Positions 27,508 to 38,436 are shown, counted from the stretch's first letter. The stretch: DNA of 64,000 nt from Oscillospiraceae bacterium (GCA_902802325.1 CADCLV010000003.1:68026-132025), one strand, 5' to 3'. The notes: generated by a model from the letters alone, not told the origin. A program made the numbers and translations.

Positions 27508-27714
27508 ATGGCTAAAGTATCTTTTCAAGAAGATCTGTGTAAGGGCTGTGGCTTGTGTGTATATGCTTGCCCGAAGAAGATCCTCGTGCTCGATAAAGAG
27601 CGTCTGAACAGCAAAGGCTATCATCCTGCTTCCTGTACCGATCTGACCGCGTGCATCGGCTGCGCTTTCTGCGCAACACAGTGCCCGGATTCGGTTATCA
27701 CGGTAGAAAGGTAA
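27508..27714 (+). CDS. 2-oxoacid:ferredoxin oxidoreductase delta subunit (2x[4Fe-4S] ferredoxin)
   Basis: CKGCGLCVYACP and CIGCAFCATQCP cluster motifs. First gene of the four-gene operon. Confidence 0.85.
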   Translation: MAKVSFQEDLCKGCGLCVYACPKKILVLDKERLNSKGYHPASCTDLTACIGCAFCATQCPDSVITVER

Positions 27715-27724
27715 GGTGGGTTGT

Positions 27725-28795
27725 ATGGCAAAGAGAGTTTTAATGAAGGGAAATGAGGTTATCGCTGAAGCGGCGATCCGTGCCGGATGCCGTCATTATT
27801 TCGGTTACCCTATCACTCCTCAGACAGAAGTCATGCACTACATGGCTCGTGAAATGGTTAAGCACGGCGGTACATTTGTACAGGCCGAAAGTGAAGTTGC
27901 CGCGATTAACATGGTTTATGGTGCGGCAGCAACAGGTGAGAGAGTTCTTACCTCTTCTTCCTCTCCGGGAATCTCCCTGAAGCAGGAAGGTATTTCCTAT
28001 ATTGCCGGCGCTGAGCTTCCGGCAGTTGTCGTTAACATTATGCGTGGCGGTCCGGGTCTCGGTGGTATTCTCCCGTCTCAGGGTGACTATTTCCAGGCAA
28101 CCAAGGGCGGCGGACATGGTGACTACAGAAACCTGGTTATTGCACCTGCTTCTGTACAGGAACTTTATGAACTGACAGTTAAGTCTTTTGATCTTGCTGA
28201 TAAGTACAGAATGGTCTGCATGATCCTCGGTGACGGTACCATCGGTCAGATGATGGAGCCGGTTGCTTTCAAAGAGAAGGAAGAAACTCTTGAAGTAGCG
28301 AAGCCTTGGGCAACCACTGGTATGCACGGCCGTGAAAAGCACAACACGATCACATCGATCTATATCGATCCGGATGAACTTGAGGCAAAGAACAGAGAAC
28401 TGCAGGACAAGTATCGTGAGATCGAGGAGAAGGAAGTTATGTTTGAGTCTTCCAACCTCGATGATGCCGAGATCGTTATCGCGGCTTACGGTACATGCAG
28501 CCGTATCTGCAAGAACGTTATCCGTCAGGCTGCCGAGCTGGGTATCAAGGTCGGTATGGTCCGTCCGATCACCCTGTGGCCTTTCCCGAGCAAGGAATTC
28601 TCCCGTGTTGCGGATATGCCGAGCGTAAAGGGTTTCCTCGATGTCGAGCTTTCTTCCGGTCAGATGATCGAAGATGTTCGCCTTGCTGTTAACGGCAAGA
28701 AGCCGGTCTACTTCCATGGTCGTATGGGTGGTAACCTGCCGACTCAGAAAGAGATCCTGGATGAGATCGTAAAGATTCATAAGGGGGAGATGTAA
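27725..28795 (+). CDS. 2-oxoacid:ferredoxin oxidoreductase alpha subunit (KorA/VorA type)
   Basis: MKGNEVIAEAAIRAGCRHYFGYPITPQTE is typical of the family. Substrate specificity cannot be determined from sequence alone. Confidence 0.85.
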   Translation: MAKRVLMKGNEVIAEAAIRAGCRHYFGYPITPQTEVMHYMAREMVKHGGTFVQAESEVAAINMVYGAAATGERVLTSSSSPGISLKQEGISYIAGAELPAVVVNIMRGGPGLGGILPSQGDYFQATKGGGHGDYRNLVIAPASVQELYELTVKSFDLADKYRMVCMILGDGTIGQMMEPVAFKEKEETLEVAKPWATTGMHGREKHNTITSIYIDPDELEAKNRELQDKYREIEEKEVMFESSNLDDAEIVIAAYGTCSRICKNVIRQAAELGIKVGMVRPITLWPFPSKEFSRVADMPSVKGFLDVELSSGQMIEDVRLAVNGKKPVYFHGRMGGNLPTQKEILDEIVKIHKGEM

Positions 28796-28796
28796 G

Positions 28797-29543
28797 ATGG
28801 CAGTTGTATTTCAGAAAACAAAAGGTCTGACAGATAAGCCGTTCCATTACTGCCCAGGTTGCATGCACGGTATCATTCACCGCCTGATCGCGGAAGTAAT
28901 GGAAGAGATGGATATCATCGACAAGACCATTGGTGTCGCATCGGTAGGATGCACATACAATAACTACGATTATTTTTCCTGCGATATGGTTCAGGCAGCA
29001 CATGGTCGTGCTCCGGCCGTAGCTACAGGTATCAAGCGCTGTAAGCCGGAAGAAATGGTATTCACCTATCAGGGAGACGGTGACCTTGCATCCATCGGTA
29101 CCGCCGAGATCGTTCATGCCGCAGCCCGTGGCGAGAAGATCTGCACATTCTTCGTAAACAATGCCGTATACGGTATGACTTCCGGTCAGATGGCTCCGAC
29201 AACTCTCCTTGGTCAGGTTACAACGACCTCTCCTCTGGGACGTGATGCGGAGACCCGTGGTTATCCGATCAATGTCAGTGAGATGCTGGCAACCTTGACC
29301 GGTGCGGTTTACATCGAGCGTGTCGCACTCTTCGACTATAAGCACATTCAGGAAGCGAAGAAGGCAATTGCCAAGGCATTCCGCGTACAGCAGAAGGGTC
29401 TGGGTTTTGCTATGATTGAATTCCTTTCCACCTGCCCGACCAACTGGGGCAAAGAGCCGATCGAGGCTTTGGAATGGTGCAAAGAGAAGATGGTTCCGCA
29501 GTATCCGCTGGGCGTCTTCAAGGGACAGGATCTGGAGGTGTAA
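28797..29543 (+). CDS. 2-oxoacid:ferredoxin oxidoreductase beta subunit (TPP-binding)
   Basis: HYCPGCMHG..., GDGD TPP motif, NNAVYGMTSGQ. Confidence 0.85.
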   Translation: MAVVFQKTKGLTDKPFHYCPGCMHGIIHRLIAEVMEEMDIIDKTIGVASVGCTYNNYDYFSCDMVQAAHGRAPAVATGIKRCKPEEMVFTYQGDGDLASIGTAEIVHAAARGEKICTFFVNNAVYGMTSGQMAPTTLLGQVTTTSPLGRDAETRGYPINVSEMLATLTGAVYIERVALFDYKHIQEAKKAIAKAFRVQQKGLGFAMIEFLSTCPTNWGKEPIEALEWCKEKMVPQYPLGVFKGQDLEV

Positions 29544-29547
29544 TGAT

Positions 29548-30090
29548 ATGATCGATTTTTCTATTATTCTTGCCGGATTCGGTGGCCAGGGCGTTCTGTC
29601 CGCAGGTAAAATGGCTGCAGAGTCTGCCCTGATCGAAGGAAAAGAAGTATCCTGGTTTCCGTCCTACGGTCCGGAAATGCGTGGTGGTACGGCTAACTGC
29701 TCTGTTGTTATCTCCGATGAGCCGATCGGTTCTCCGGTCATCAATGAGCCGGATGTTCTGATCGCGCTGAACCAGCCGTCTCTGGAAAAGTTCGAAGATA
29801 CTCTGAAGCCGGGCGGAATCATCATCATCGACAGTTCGCTTGTCAAGGTAACACCGAAGCGTACGGATATCCGCTTTATCCCGATCAATTCTTCCGAGAT
29901 CGCATCTGAACTGGGTTCCATGGCCTATGCAACTATCGTACTTCTGGGTTGCGTATCTGCTGCGACCGGTGCATTTACAAGAGAATCTTTTGAAAAAGCA
30001 CTGTATGACGTTCTTCCGGAGAGAAGACATCACATGATCCCGAACAACCTGTCTGCCTTTGATAAGGGCGCAGAGTTCGCAAAGCAGTAA
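29548..30090 (+). CDS. 2-oxoacid:ferredoxin oxidoreductase gamma subunit
   Basis: MIDFSIILAGFGGQGVLSAGK...SYGPEMRGGTANC. The ATG at 29548 follows GGAGGTG. The upstream part of the track ORF overlaps the beta subunit. Confidence 0.85.
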   Translation: MIDFSIILAGFGGQGVLSAGKMAAESALIEGKEVSWFPSYGPEMRGGTANCSVVISDEPIGSPVINEPDVLIALNQPSLEKFEDTLKPGGIIIIDSSLVKVTPKRTDIRFIPINSSEIASELGSMAYATIVLLGCVSAATGAFTRESFEKALYDVLPERRHHMIPNNLSAFDKGAEFAKQ

Positions 30091-30176
30091 TGCCAGTGCT
30101 TTAGGAGTTCACAGAATCTTTACAAAAGCCGTGAATATTGATATTTGAAGCAATACTTTGTGACATAGTATAAAAG

Positions 30177-30202
30177 AGAGCCGAGAAATCGGCTCTTTTT
30201 TG
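30177..30202 (+). terminator. Intrinsic terminator after the oxidoreductase operon
   Basis: AGAGCCGA-GAAA-TCGGCTCT followed by T6. Confidence 0.85.
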
Positions 30203-30297
30203 TTAAAAGTGCTAGGAAGTTTTAAAACGTTGCGTTATAATAGTTAAATAAACAGGCTAAAGGGGGATTACTGCCTGCGGCAGTAAAGGAAAAGTAC

Positions 30298-32178
30298 ATG
30301 GATCAAGCGTATCTTTTCAACACGGGGAAGGACTTCAAGAGTTACAATTATCTGGGTTCACGGCCTTATACCCGTGAGAATAAGGAGAAGGGTTTCCTGT
30401 TCCGGGTCTGGGCGCCGCATGCCAAAGCTGTAAGCGTTGTCGGCGATTTTAATGATTGGGATAATCAAGCCAATTATATGTATAAAATCGGGGATTCCGG
30501 TATCTGGGAATGCTACATTAACGGCGCGAAGCAGTGGGACCGTTATAAGTATCATGTCTACGGGGCTGACGGAAGCGAAGTGAATAAGGTCGATCCTTAT
30601 GCCCGTCACTGTGAGACTCGTCCTGCGGATGCATCGATCCTTTATGATCCGGACGATTATACCTGGAAAGATGAGAAGTATGTAGCCGCAAGAAAGGATG
30701 CCTGTGCACCGCGTCCGATCTCTATTTATGAAGTACATCTCGGATCCTGGCGCCGTCATGAAGACGGAAACTTCATGACCTATAAGGAAATGGCGAAGGA
30801 CCTGGCTTCATACTGTAAGAAGATGGGCTATACACATGTGGAACTGATGCCGATCCTGGAGCATCCGCTGGATGATTCCTGGGGCTATCAGGTCATCTGC
30901 TATTATGCGGTAACCAGCCGCTTCGGAACTCCTGCTGATTTCAAGTATTTTGTCGACCATCTGCATAAGAACGGGATCGGCATTATTCTGGACTGGGTAC
31001 CGGCGCATTTCCCGAAGAATCAGGAAGGTCTGGTTCGTTTTGACGGAGATGCCTGCTACGAATACAAAGATCCGCGTATCGGCGAGCATAAAGAATGGGG
31101 AACTTTCGTCTTTGATTATTCCAAAGCGGAAGTCCAGTCTTTCCTTATCTCCAATGCGGTGTTCTGGGTGGAGGAATTCCATCTTGACGGTATCCGTATG
31201 GATGCGGTTTCCAGTATGCTGTACCGGGATTACGGACGTACTGAATATATTCCGAATATTTACGGGGGAACAGATAATCTCGAAGCCATCGACTTTATCC
31301 GTAACCTCAATACCATTATGCGTGAGAATTATCCGCACGTTATGATGATCGCCGAGGAATCGACGGCCTGGCCGAAGGTTTCCCATCCGGTCAGCGACGG
31401 CGGACTGGGCTTTACCCACAAATGGAATATGGGCTGGATGCACGATACACTGGATTATTTCCAGACTGATTCCTATGCACGTGAATGGCATCACGACCAG
31501 TTCTGTTTCTCCATGATGTATGCTTTCTCGGAGAATTTTATCCTCAGTCTTTCCCACGATGAAGTCGTCCACGGAAAGAAGAGCCTTATTGATAAGATGC
31601 CGGGAGATAACTGGAGAAAGTTTGCCAATCTGCGTCTGATGTTTCTTTACATGATGGCGCATCCGGGAGCCAAGCTCAACTTCATGGGATCGGAATTCGG
31701 GCAGTTTATCGAGTGGCGTTTCTATGAGCAGCTGGAGTGGTTCATGCTTCAGTATGAATCCCATAAACTCCTTCAGGATTTTGTCGCAGATCTCAATCAT
31801 TTCTATATCAAGAATCCGCAGATGTGGCAGGATGATCACTCCTGGGGCGGATTTGAATGGGTCGATGCCTCTGATGTGAAGAATAATGTATTTGTTTTCA
31901 AGCGTAAGGGGGTGGCCAATCAGGAAGATATCTATGTGGCACTAAACATGGTTCCTGTGCCGCTGGAGAATTATAACATCGGTGTGACAGAGAAAGGAAA
32001 GTATAAGATCCTTATGAATACCGATGATATGAAGTACGGTGGATCCGGTTATCCGGACGGTTCGGATGCCAAGGGCGTTTTCCGTACCAAGGACGAGGGA
32101 TGGAATGGAAAACCTTATCACATCTCCGTCAATCTGCCGCCACTGGGTGGAATTTATTTCAAGAGAATGAAGAAGTAG
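30298..32178 (+). CDS. glgB: 1,4-alpha-glucan branching enzyme
   Basis: 626 aa with GH13 motifs (DWVPAHF, GIRMDAV, MIAEEST, LSHDEV) and typical GlgB sequence. Confidence 0.9.
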   Translation: MDQAYLFNTGKDFKSYNYLGSRPYTRENKEKGFLFRVWAPHAKAVSVVGDFNDWDNQANYMYKIGDSGIWECYINGAKQWDRYKYHVYGADGSEVNKVDPYARHCETRPADASILYDPDDYTWKDEKYVAARKDACAPRPISIYEVHLGSWRRHEDGNFMTYKEMAKDLASYCKKMGYTHVELMPILEHPLDDSWGYQVICYYAVTSRFGTPADFKYFVDHLHKNGIGIILDWVPAHFPKNQEGLVRFDGDACYEYKDPRIGEHKEWGTFVFDYSKAEVQSFLISNAVFWVEEFHLDGIRMDAVSSMLYRDYGRTEYIPNIYGGTDNLEAIDFIRNLNTIMRENYPHVMMIAEESTAWPKVSHPVSDGGLGFTHKWNMGWMHDTLDYFQTDSYAREWHHDQFCFSMMYAFSENFILSLSHDEVVHGKKSLIDKMPGDNWRKFANLRLMFLYMMAHPGAKLNFMGSEFGQFIEWRFYEQLEWFMLQYESHKLLQDFVADLNHFYIKNPQMWQDDHSWGGFEWVDASDVKNNVFVFKRKGVANQEDIYVALNMVPVPLENYNIGVTEKGKYKILMNTDDMKYGGSGYPDGSDAKGVFRTKDEGWNGKPYHISVNLPPLGGIYFKRMKK

Positions 32179-32199
32179 AAATAAGGGAGGTTTAACATT

Positions 32200-33462
32200 A
32201 TGGCGAAAGCGCAAGTAGTCGCAATGATACTGGCAGGAGGACAAGGTTCCAGACTTGGCGTGCTGACCAAGAATATTGCCAAGCCGGCAGTGCCGTTCGG
32301 CAGCCGTTACCGGATCATCGATTTTCCTCTTTCCAATTGTGCGAATTCAGGGATTGAGACAGTAGGTGTACTGACACAGTATCAGCCGCTGGCATTGAAC
32401 ACATATATCGGTAACGGTCATCCTTGGGATCTGGACAGAAATAACGGCGGTGCCTTTATTCTTCCTCCGTTCCAGAAGACCGGCAAGAGTGACTGGTATA
32501 AGGGTACGGCCAATGCGATCTATCAGAACCGTGATTTTATCGATGACTGCGAGCCGAAATATGTGCTGATCCTTTCCGGTGACCATATCTATAAGATGAA
32601 TTACGCGGAAATGCTCCGTCAGCATATCGAAAATGAAGCGGATGCGACACTGGCAGTTCTGGAAGTGCCGTGGGAGGAAGCTTCCCGTTTCGGTATCCTC
32701 AATACAAAAGAGGACTCCGATGTCATTACCGAGTTCGTGGAAAAGCCTGCGAAGCCGGAGAGCAATCTTGCTTCCATGGGTGTATATATCTTCACCTGGG
32801 ATGTGCTTCGTAAAGCACTGGTGGAAGATGAAGCCGATCCGAAATCCAGTAATGACTTCGGTAAGAATATCGTTCCGCTGATGCTCAATCAGGGAAAGAA
32901 ACTCTGTGCCTACCGTTTCTCCGGTTACTGGAAAGATGTAGGAACCATTTCCTCTTTGTGGGAATCCAATATGGATATCCTCGACCGGCCGCATGAGATC
33001 AATCTCATTGACCGTTCTTGGAGAATCTACAGCCGAAACCCGGTAAAACCGTCCCAGTTCCTGGGTGACAGTGCAGAAGTTAGAGGATCTGCGCTGACCG
33101 ACGGCTGCCAGATCTTCGGATCGGTACTGCATTCCGTTCTTTCCAACTCCGTAACCGTTGAAAAGGGCGCGTATGTAAAAGACTGTGTTCTATTCCCGGG
33201 TGTTACCGTTAAGGCCGGTGCCCATCTGAACCGCTGCATCGTCGCTTCCGGCACGATCATTGGCGAGAACGTCAAAGCAGGTTCGGATGTCAAGGGCAAG
33301 AGCCCGTATCTTAATGAGAAGATCTGCCAGGAAGGGATCGTGGTCATCGAAGGTGGCCTGAAGATCAAGGACAACGCAGTGATCCCTGCCAATTGTCAGG
33401 TAGACAGAGATTTGAATGTGCCTGCGAAGGACAATGTCATTGAAGAAGTCTTTCGGGTATGA
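32200..33462 (+). CDS. glgC: Glucose-1-phosphate adenylyltransferase
   Basis: [47 protein letters not shown]. Confidence 0.9.
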   Translation: MAKAQVVAMILAGGQGSRLGVLTKNIAKPAVPFGSRYRIIDFPLSNCANSGIETVGVLTQYQPLALNTYIGNGHPWDLDRNNGGAFILPPFQKTGKSDWYKGTANAIYQNRDFIDDCEPKYVLILSGDHIYKMNYAEMLRQHIENEADATLAVLEVPWEEASRFGILNTKEDSDVITEFVEKPAKPESNLASMGVYIFTWDVLRKALVEDEADPKSSNDFGKNIVPLMLNQGKKLCAYRFSGYWKDVGTISSLWESNMDILDRPHEINLIDRSWRIYSRNPVKPSQFLGDSAEVRGSALTDGCQIFGSVLHSVLSNSVTVEKGAYVKDCVLFPGVTVKAGAHLNRCIVASGTIIGENVKAGSDVKGKSPYLNEKICQEGIVVIEGGLKIKDNAVIPANCQVDRDLNVPAKDNVIEEVFRV

Positions 33463-33485
33463 CCGCAGTTGGGAGGAATGAGAAT

Positions 33486-34598
33486 ATGTTTATAGATGCA
33501 ATGGGTTTGATCCTTGGAGATAATAAAAAGATCACGCTGGGCGAGCTTTCCAAGCCCCGTGCTCTGTCTGCCATCCCTTTCGGCGGCAGATACCGTATCA
33601 TCGACTATATGCTGTCGAATATGGTGAATTCCGGAATCAAGAATATCGGTATTCATACATATACCAAATATAAGTCCCTTATGGACCATCTGGGTACAGG
33701 TTCTTCCTGGGATCTGGACAGAAAGAATTCCGGCGGACTTCATATCCTGCCGCCGTATGTTAATTCGGAAGCTACCTATGTTCAGGGTGATGAGGAGATG
33801 GCCGGACTTCTGGATTTCGTCCGTTCCAGCAAAGCTTCCTATGTGATCATGGCTGCAAGTAACGTGATCCTGAATACGACATTTACGGATTTTGTAGAGG
33901 ATTTCAAAGCTTGCGGCGCAGATATTTCCGTTATGTATAACCGTGACGGTACGAAGTTCGGCGGCCCGAATTATATTCTGGATATCGACAGAAGAGGCTG
34001 GGTCAAGGATCTTCTTTATAACCCGGAACGCAGCACGCTCACCCGCAGCAGCATGGGTATCATCGTACTGAGAAGAGAACTGCTGATCGATCTGATCGCG
34101 GAAATGATGGCTCGTGGTACAAACCATGTGGGTATCCACTCTTTCGTAAAGAAGTTCGACACACTGCGCGTACACGCATATGAATATAAGGGCCTGGTAC
34201 TTCGCATTAATAGTGTGCAGTCTTACTTCAATTCGTCCATGATGCTTCTGAATAATCAGATCCGTGCCGAATTGTTCTGGAACGGCATGCCGATCTACAC
34301 CAAGGTTAAGGATGAGGCACCGACACTGTATCTGGATGATTGTAAGGTCAACGATTCTATCGTGTCTGACGGCTGCCGTATCTATGGTCAGGTGAACGAG
34401 TCGATCCTGTTCCGCGGAGTTGCGGTTTCGAAAAACTGCGTTGTGAAAAACTGTGTCATCATGCAGGATGTGCATATTTCCGAGAACTGTTATCTGGAAA
34501 ATGTCATCCTGGATAAAAATTCTGTGGTCCGTCCGGGCATTAAACTTGTAGGTCACAAGGATTATCCGGTCGTGATCGGTAAAGGAGCAATCGTATGA
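33486..34598 (+). CDS. glgD: Glucose-1-phosphate adenylyltransferase regulatory subunit GlgD
   Basis: A GlgC paralog lacking the GGxGxRL motif, in the Firmicutes glgC-glgD arrangement. The ATG at 33486 follows GGGAGG. Confidence 0.8.
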   Translation: MFIDAMGLILGDNKKITLGELSKPRALSAIPFGGRYRIIDYMLSNMVNSGIKNIGIHTYTKYKSLMDHLGTGSSWDLDRKNSGGLHILPPYVNSEATYVQGDEEMAGLLDFVRSSKASYVIMAASNVILNTTFTDFVEDFKACGADISVMYNRDGTKFGGPNYILDIDRRGWVKDLLYNPERSTLTRSSMGIIVLRRELLIDLIAEMMARGTNHVGIHSFVKKFDTLRVHAYEYKGLVLRINSVQSYFNSSMMLLNNQIRAELFWNGMPIYTKVKDEAPTLYLDDCKVNDSIVSDGCRIYGQVNESILFRGVAVSKNCVVKNCVIMQDVHISENCYLENVILDKNSVVRPGIKLVGHKDYPVVIGKGAIV

Positions 34599-36310
34599 AT
34601 AAAGTGAAGGTATTGTTTGTATCCTCGGAAGTCTACCCCTTTGCAAAGGTCGGCGGACTGGCGGATGTAGTGGGCGCGTTGCCGATCGAACTTCAGAACC
34701 ACCACTGCGACGCCCGTGTGATCATGCCTCTGTATAAGAGCATTAAGCAGAAGCACGAGCACAACCTGGATTTCATCGGATGGAAGATGATCAAGATGGG
34801 CTGGCGTTCTCTGTATGCCGGTCTTCATACGCTGACCATGAACGGTGTCCAGTTCTATTTCGTGGATAATGAGTACTACTTTAACTTTGATCAGGTATAC
34901 GTCGAGTATGTATTTGATATCGAGCGTTTCTGTTTCTTCCAAAGAGCCGTTCTGGATTTCATGGGCGACTTTATGGGATTTGAACCGGATGTGCTGCATT
35001 GTAACGACTGGCAGTCCGGTATGATGCCGCTCCTTCTGGATGCGCATTATAAAAAGTACGGATACCACACGAATGTCAAGACTGTCTACACGATCCATAA
35101 CCTGAAGTATCAGGGTATTCACGGTATCGAAGTGATTCAGGATCTTTTGGATCTGCCGGGCGAATATCTGACAGATGAGCTTTCCATTAAGGATGGCGCG
35201 GTCAACTTCATGAAGGCCGGTATTGTTTACAGTAACTCGGTTACGACGGTTTCTCCGACCTATGCATATGAGATCATGACCGATTACTACGGTGAAGGTC
35301 TTAACCACACATTGCAGCGTTATGCCTATAAGGTATCTGGTATTCTCAACGGAATCAACGCAGAGGAATATAATCCGACCAAGGATAATTTGATCCCGGC
35401 GAAGTATTCCATCAAGAACTATAAAGAAGGAAAAGCAATCAATAAGAAGTCGATCCAGGAGCAGCTGGGTCTGGAAGTAAATCCGGGCGCGCCGCTTTGC
35501 ACTATGATCTCCCGTCTGGTAGACCAGAAGGGTCTGGATCTTCTCCTTCGTGTCGTGGAAGAGATGCTTTACGATGGCATGCAGATCGTGGTACTGGGTA
35601 CCGGTGATGCTTACTACGAGCGTTCTCTGGCAGATATTGCCGCCAGAAATCCGGGCAAGATGTGTGCCTGCATTTCGTTCGATAACGGATTGGCACATAC
35701 ACTTTATGCCGGTTCGGATATCTTCCTGATGCCGTCATTGTTTGAGCCCTGCGGTCTGTCGCAGCTGGTGGCCATGACTTATGGTACGATCCCGATCGTT
35801 CGTGAGACAGGCGGACTTCGCGATACAGTCATTCCATATAACGAATTCACCGGTGAAGGAAACGGTTTCTCCTTTGCCAATATCAATGCGCATGAGTTCC
35901 TGTTCGTCACAAAGTATGCCTGTGACCTTTACCGTCATAATAAGGATGTATGGAACAAACTCATTGAGGAAGGCATGAAGGCAGATTATTCCTGGAAGAA
36001 GTCGGCAGAAGAGTATGCCGGTCTGTATTCGTTCATTACCGGTATCTCCATTGCGGATGATGAACCGGAGAAGAAGAGCCTGACAGAAGAAATTCTTGAT
36101 CTTCCGGATAAGAAGCCGGCTAAAAAGTCTGTAAAGAAAGAAAAGAAGTCAGAAACTGCTTCTAAGACCGAGGCGAAGCCGGCTTCTAAAAAAGCACCTG
36201 CCAAGAAAGCTTCTTCTGAAAAACCGGCAGCAAAGAAGACGACTTCCAGGCCGGCCGCAAAGAAAGCGGAAAAACCTTCTGAACCGAAGACGGAGAAGAA
36301 GGAATCATGA
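34595..36310 (+). CDS. glgA: Glycogen synthase with an 85-aa Lys/Ala/Pro-rich C-terminal tail
   Basis: KVLFVSSEVYPFAKVGGLADV, HCNDWQSG, PSLFEPCGLSQL. The tail starts at about 36053. Confidence 0.9.
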   Translation: MNKVKVLFVSSEVYPFAKVGGLADVVGALPIELQNHHCDARVIMPLYKSIKQKHEHNLDFIGWKMIKMGWRSLYAGLHTLTMNGVQFYFVDNEYYFNFDQVYVEYVFDIERFCFFQRAVLDFMGDFMGFEPDVLHCNDWQSGMMPLLLDAHYKKYGYHTNVKTVYTIHNLKYQGIHGIEVIQDLLDLPGEYLTDELSIKDGAVNFMKAGIVYSNSVTTVSPTYAYEIMTDYYGEGLNHTLQRYAYKVSGILNGINAEEYNPTKDNLIPAKYSIKNYKEGKAINKKSIQEQLGLEVNPGAPLCTMISRLVDQKGLDLLLRVVEEMLYDGMQIVVLGTGDAYYERSLADIAARNPGKMCACISFDNGLAHTLYAGSDIFLMPSLFEPCGLSQLVAMTYGTIPIVRETGGLRDTVIPYNEFTGEGNGFSFANINAHEFLFVTKYACDLYRHNKDVWNKLIEEGMKADYSWKKSAEEYAGLYSFITGISIADDEPEKKSLTEEILDLPDKKPAKKSVKKEKKSETASKTEAKPASKKAPAKKASSEKPAAKKTTSRPAAKKAEKPSEPKTEKKES

Positions 36311-38436
36311 CATCGGAGATCTCGCCCTTAGGCCGTTGTGTTGTTCATTGCTCCCGGTTGCCTTTGTACCGGACACCTTTCGGTGCACAGCCGACGAGAG
36401 GGTATGTGGATCTTTCCATCGACGTTCATGTCAATGTGGATGAGATCGTCCTGTGTTATGCGTATGGTCTGTATTCACTGTCTTATAGTGAACTGCGCCT
36501 TCAAAAATCCGAATCGGTCCCGGACCGCTGGGTAGGCCGTCTGCGCCTTCCCGCGGAGCCGGGTCTGCTTTTTTACTGGTTTTGCCTTAGAAGTTCCCAT
36601 GAGGATATCGAAGCTATCGTGGATCCGAAGTATCACGAGCTTTTATATCGGAAATATGAGGAAAACCGGACTTATCTTTACTATGTGGCGTCATGGGACG
36701 GAAAGGACGGAGAAGGAAAGTTTGCCTTCAGCGCGCCGCGTGTGGGTGTAAATGAAGAGAAGTATCCTCACGCTTTCCAGATCACAGTGTATGAAGAGGG
36801 TTTTACCACTCCGGACTGGATGAAAGGTGCCACCATGTATCAGATCTTCCCGGACCGTTTCTTCCGTGGAAGCGACTATTCTTATGAGAAAATGACCGAG
36901 ACCGGTACATCTCGTCCGGAACGGATCTTTCACGAAGACTGGAATGAGGACGTGGATATCGAAGGAAAGCCGGAGACCGGCTATCTGGCCTGTGACTTTT
37001 ACGGCGGTACATTAAAGGGCATCGCGGAGAAGACGGACTATCTTCAGTCTCTGAATGTGGATGTGGTGTATTTAAATCCGATCTGTGAAGCCCGTTCCAA
37101 TCATCGATATGACACAGCGGACTATATGAATGTTGATCCCATCCTGGGCGGAAAAGACGGCTATAAATCTTTTTCAAAGACTATGCATGATTCCGGTATC
37201 CGATATATTGTGGATGGTGTCTTCAGCCATACCGGCGCAGACAGCCGTTACTTCAATAAGTACGGGCGATACGGGGAAAGCGGCGCATACAGTGCATTTG
37301 CCGACGGAGAAAACAGCCGGTTTGCTTCCTGGTACGCTTTCCACAGAGGGGAGAACGGTGCTGTGGAGTACGACTCCTGGTGGGGATTCCCTGAACTGCC
37401 GAACGTAAAAGAGGATGACCTTTCATACCGTGAATATATCCTTGGTGAAAACGGAGTCATTGCCAGATGGCTACGTGGCGGCGCCAGCGGCGTTCGTCTG
37501 GATGTGTCAGATGAGCTTCCGGATTCTTTCTTGAGGGAAATGAGAAAGACAGTCAAACAGGCCTCGGATAATCAGGGACTGGTGCTGGGAGAAGTCTGGG
37601 AAGAAGCCACAAGTAAGATCAGTTACGGAAATTACCGCGATTTTGCTTTCGGACGCACCCATGACAGCGTGATGGGATATCCTTTCCGGGAAACGCTTCT
37701 TTCTTTCCTGAAAGGGGAGATCGATGCCCGTGTATGGAGCCTGACCATGGAACGCTACAGGGAGAACTTCCCGGATCAGATCTATTACTGCATGATGAAT
37801 CTGGTCTCCAGCCACGATGTGCCTCGGGCGATCACGATGCTGGCCGGCGCTCCTGACCCGGGAGATCGGGCCCTTCAAAAGGATCTGCATCTGGATAAAA
37901 AGGTTCTTGGAAAAGCGTCGGCCCTGATGAAGCTGGCCTTTGCGGTTCAGATCATGTACCCCGGCTGTCCGTGTATCTACTACGGTGACGAGATCGGTAT
38001 GGATGGATATCGGGATCCGTTTAACCGGAGAACCTATCCGTGGGGAAAAGAAGAGGCCTGGCAGAAGGAACTTCTTTCGGATTATCAGAAACTGAGCGGA
38101 CTACGAAAGAATTATCCGGTATTAAAAGGCGGAGATATACGCATTCTTTATGCAAAGGGCGATGCATTGGTGTTTGAGCGCTTTGCTGATGAATCCGGTA
38201 TGGATCATTTTGGAAGACCAATCGAAGGCGCGAAAAAGGTTTTGTGTATATTAAATCGAAGTGATAAAATAAAAATGCAGGTCCGTAGGGACAAGGACAG
38301 GGAGATACAAGTTTCGCTTGAACCGGAGGATTTTTCCGGTGCCGGACAGATAGATATTTCCGAGTTTTCAGACGGCGCCGCATTTTCGGAACAGACGGTG
38401 GGACCGCTTTCCGTGAGTATTATAATTTCCCGGTGA
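36307..38436 (+). CDS. GH13 alpha-glucosidase/amylase family enzyme (neopullulanase/maltogenic-amylase-like)
   Basis: Conserved GH13 regions DVVYLNPI, GVRLDVSDELP, GEVWEE and VSSHDVPR. ATGA overlap with glgA. Confidence 0.8.
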   Translation: MTSEISPLGRCVVHCSRLPLYRTPFGAQPTRGYVDLSIDVHVNVDEIVLCYAYGLYSLSYSELRLQKSESVPDRWVGRLRLPAEPGLLFYWFCLRSSHEDIEAIVDPKYHELLYRKYEENRTYLYYVASWDGKDGEGKFAFSAPRVGVNEEKYPHAFQITVYEEGFTTPDWMKGATMYQIFPDRFFRGSDYSYEKMTETGTSRPERIFHEDWNEDVDIEGKPETGYLACDFYGGTLKGIAEKTDYLQSLNVDVVYLNPICEARSNHRYDTADYMNVDPILGGKDGYKSFSKTMHDSGIRYIVDGVFSHTGADSRYFNKYGRYGESGAYSAFADGENSRFASWYAFHRGENGAVEYDSWWGFPELPNVKEDDLSYREYILGENGVIARWLRGGASGVRLDVSDELPDSFLREMRKTVKQASDNQGLVLGEVWEEATSKISYGNYRDFAFGRTHDSVMGYPFRETLLSFLKGEIDARVWSLTMERYRENFPDQIYYCMMNLVSSHDVPRAITMLAGAPDPGDRALQKDLHLDKKVLGKASALMKLAFAVQIMYPGCPCIYYGDEIGMDGYRDPFNRRTYPWGKEEAWQKELLSDYQKLSGLRKNYPVLKGGDIRILYAKGDALVFERFADESGMDHFGRPIEGAKKVLCILNRSDKIKMQVRRDKDREIQVSLEPEDFSGAGQIDISEFSDGAAFSEQTVGPLSVSIIISR

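Noticed and set aside
29416-29547. N-terminal extensions of track ORFs that overlap upstream genes (29416, 54086, 48263, 9056, 26856 and others)
   Set aside because: The family-typical N-termini begin at internal Met codons preceded by GGAGG-like RBSs. The extensions overlap the preceding gene or lack an RBS, so I trimmed the starts.
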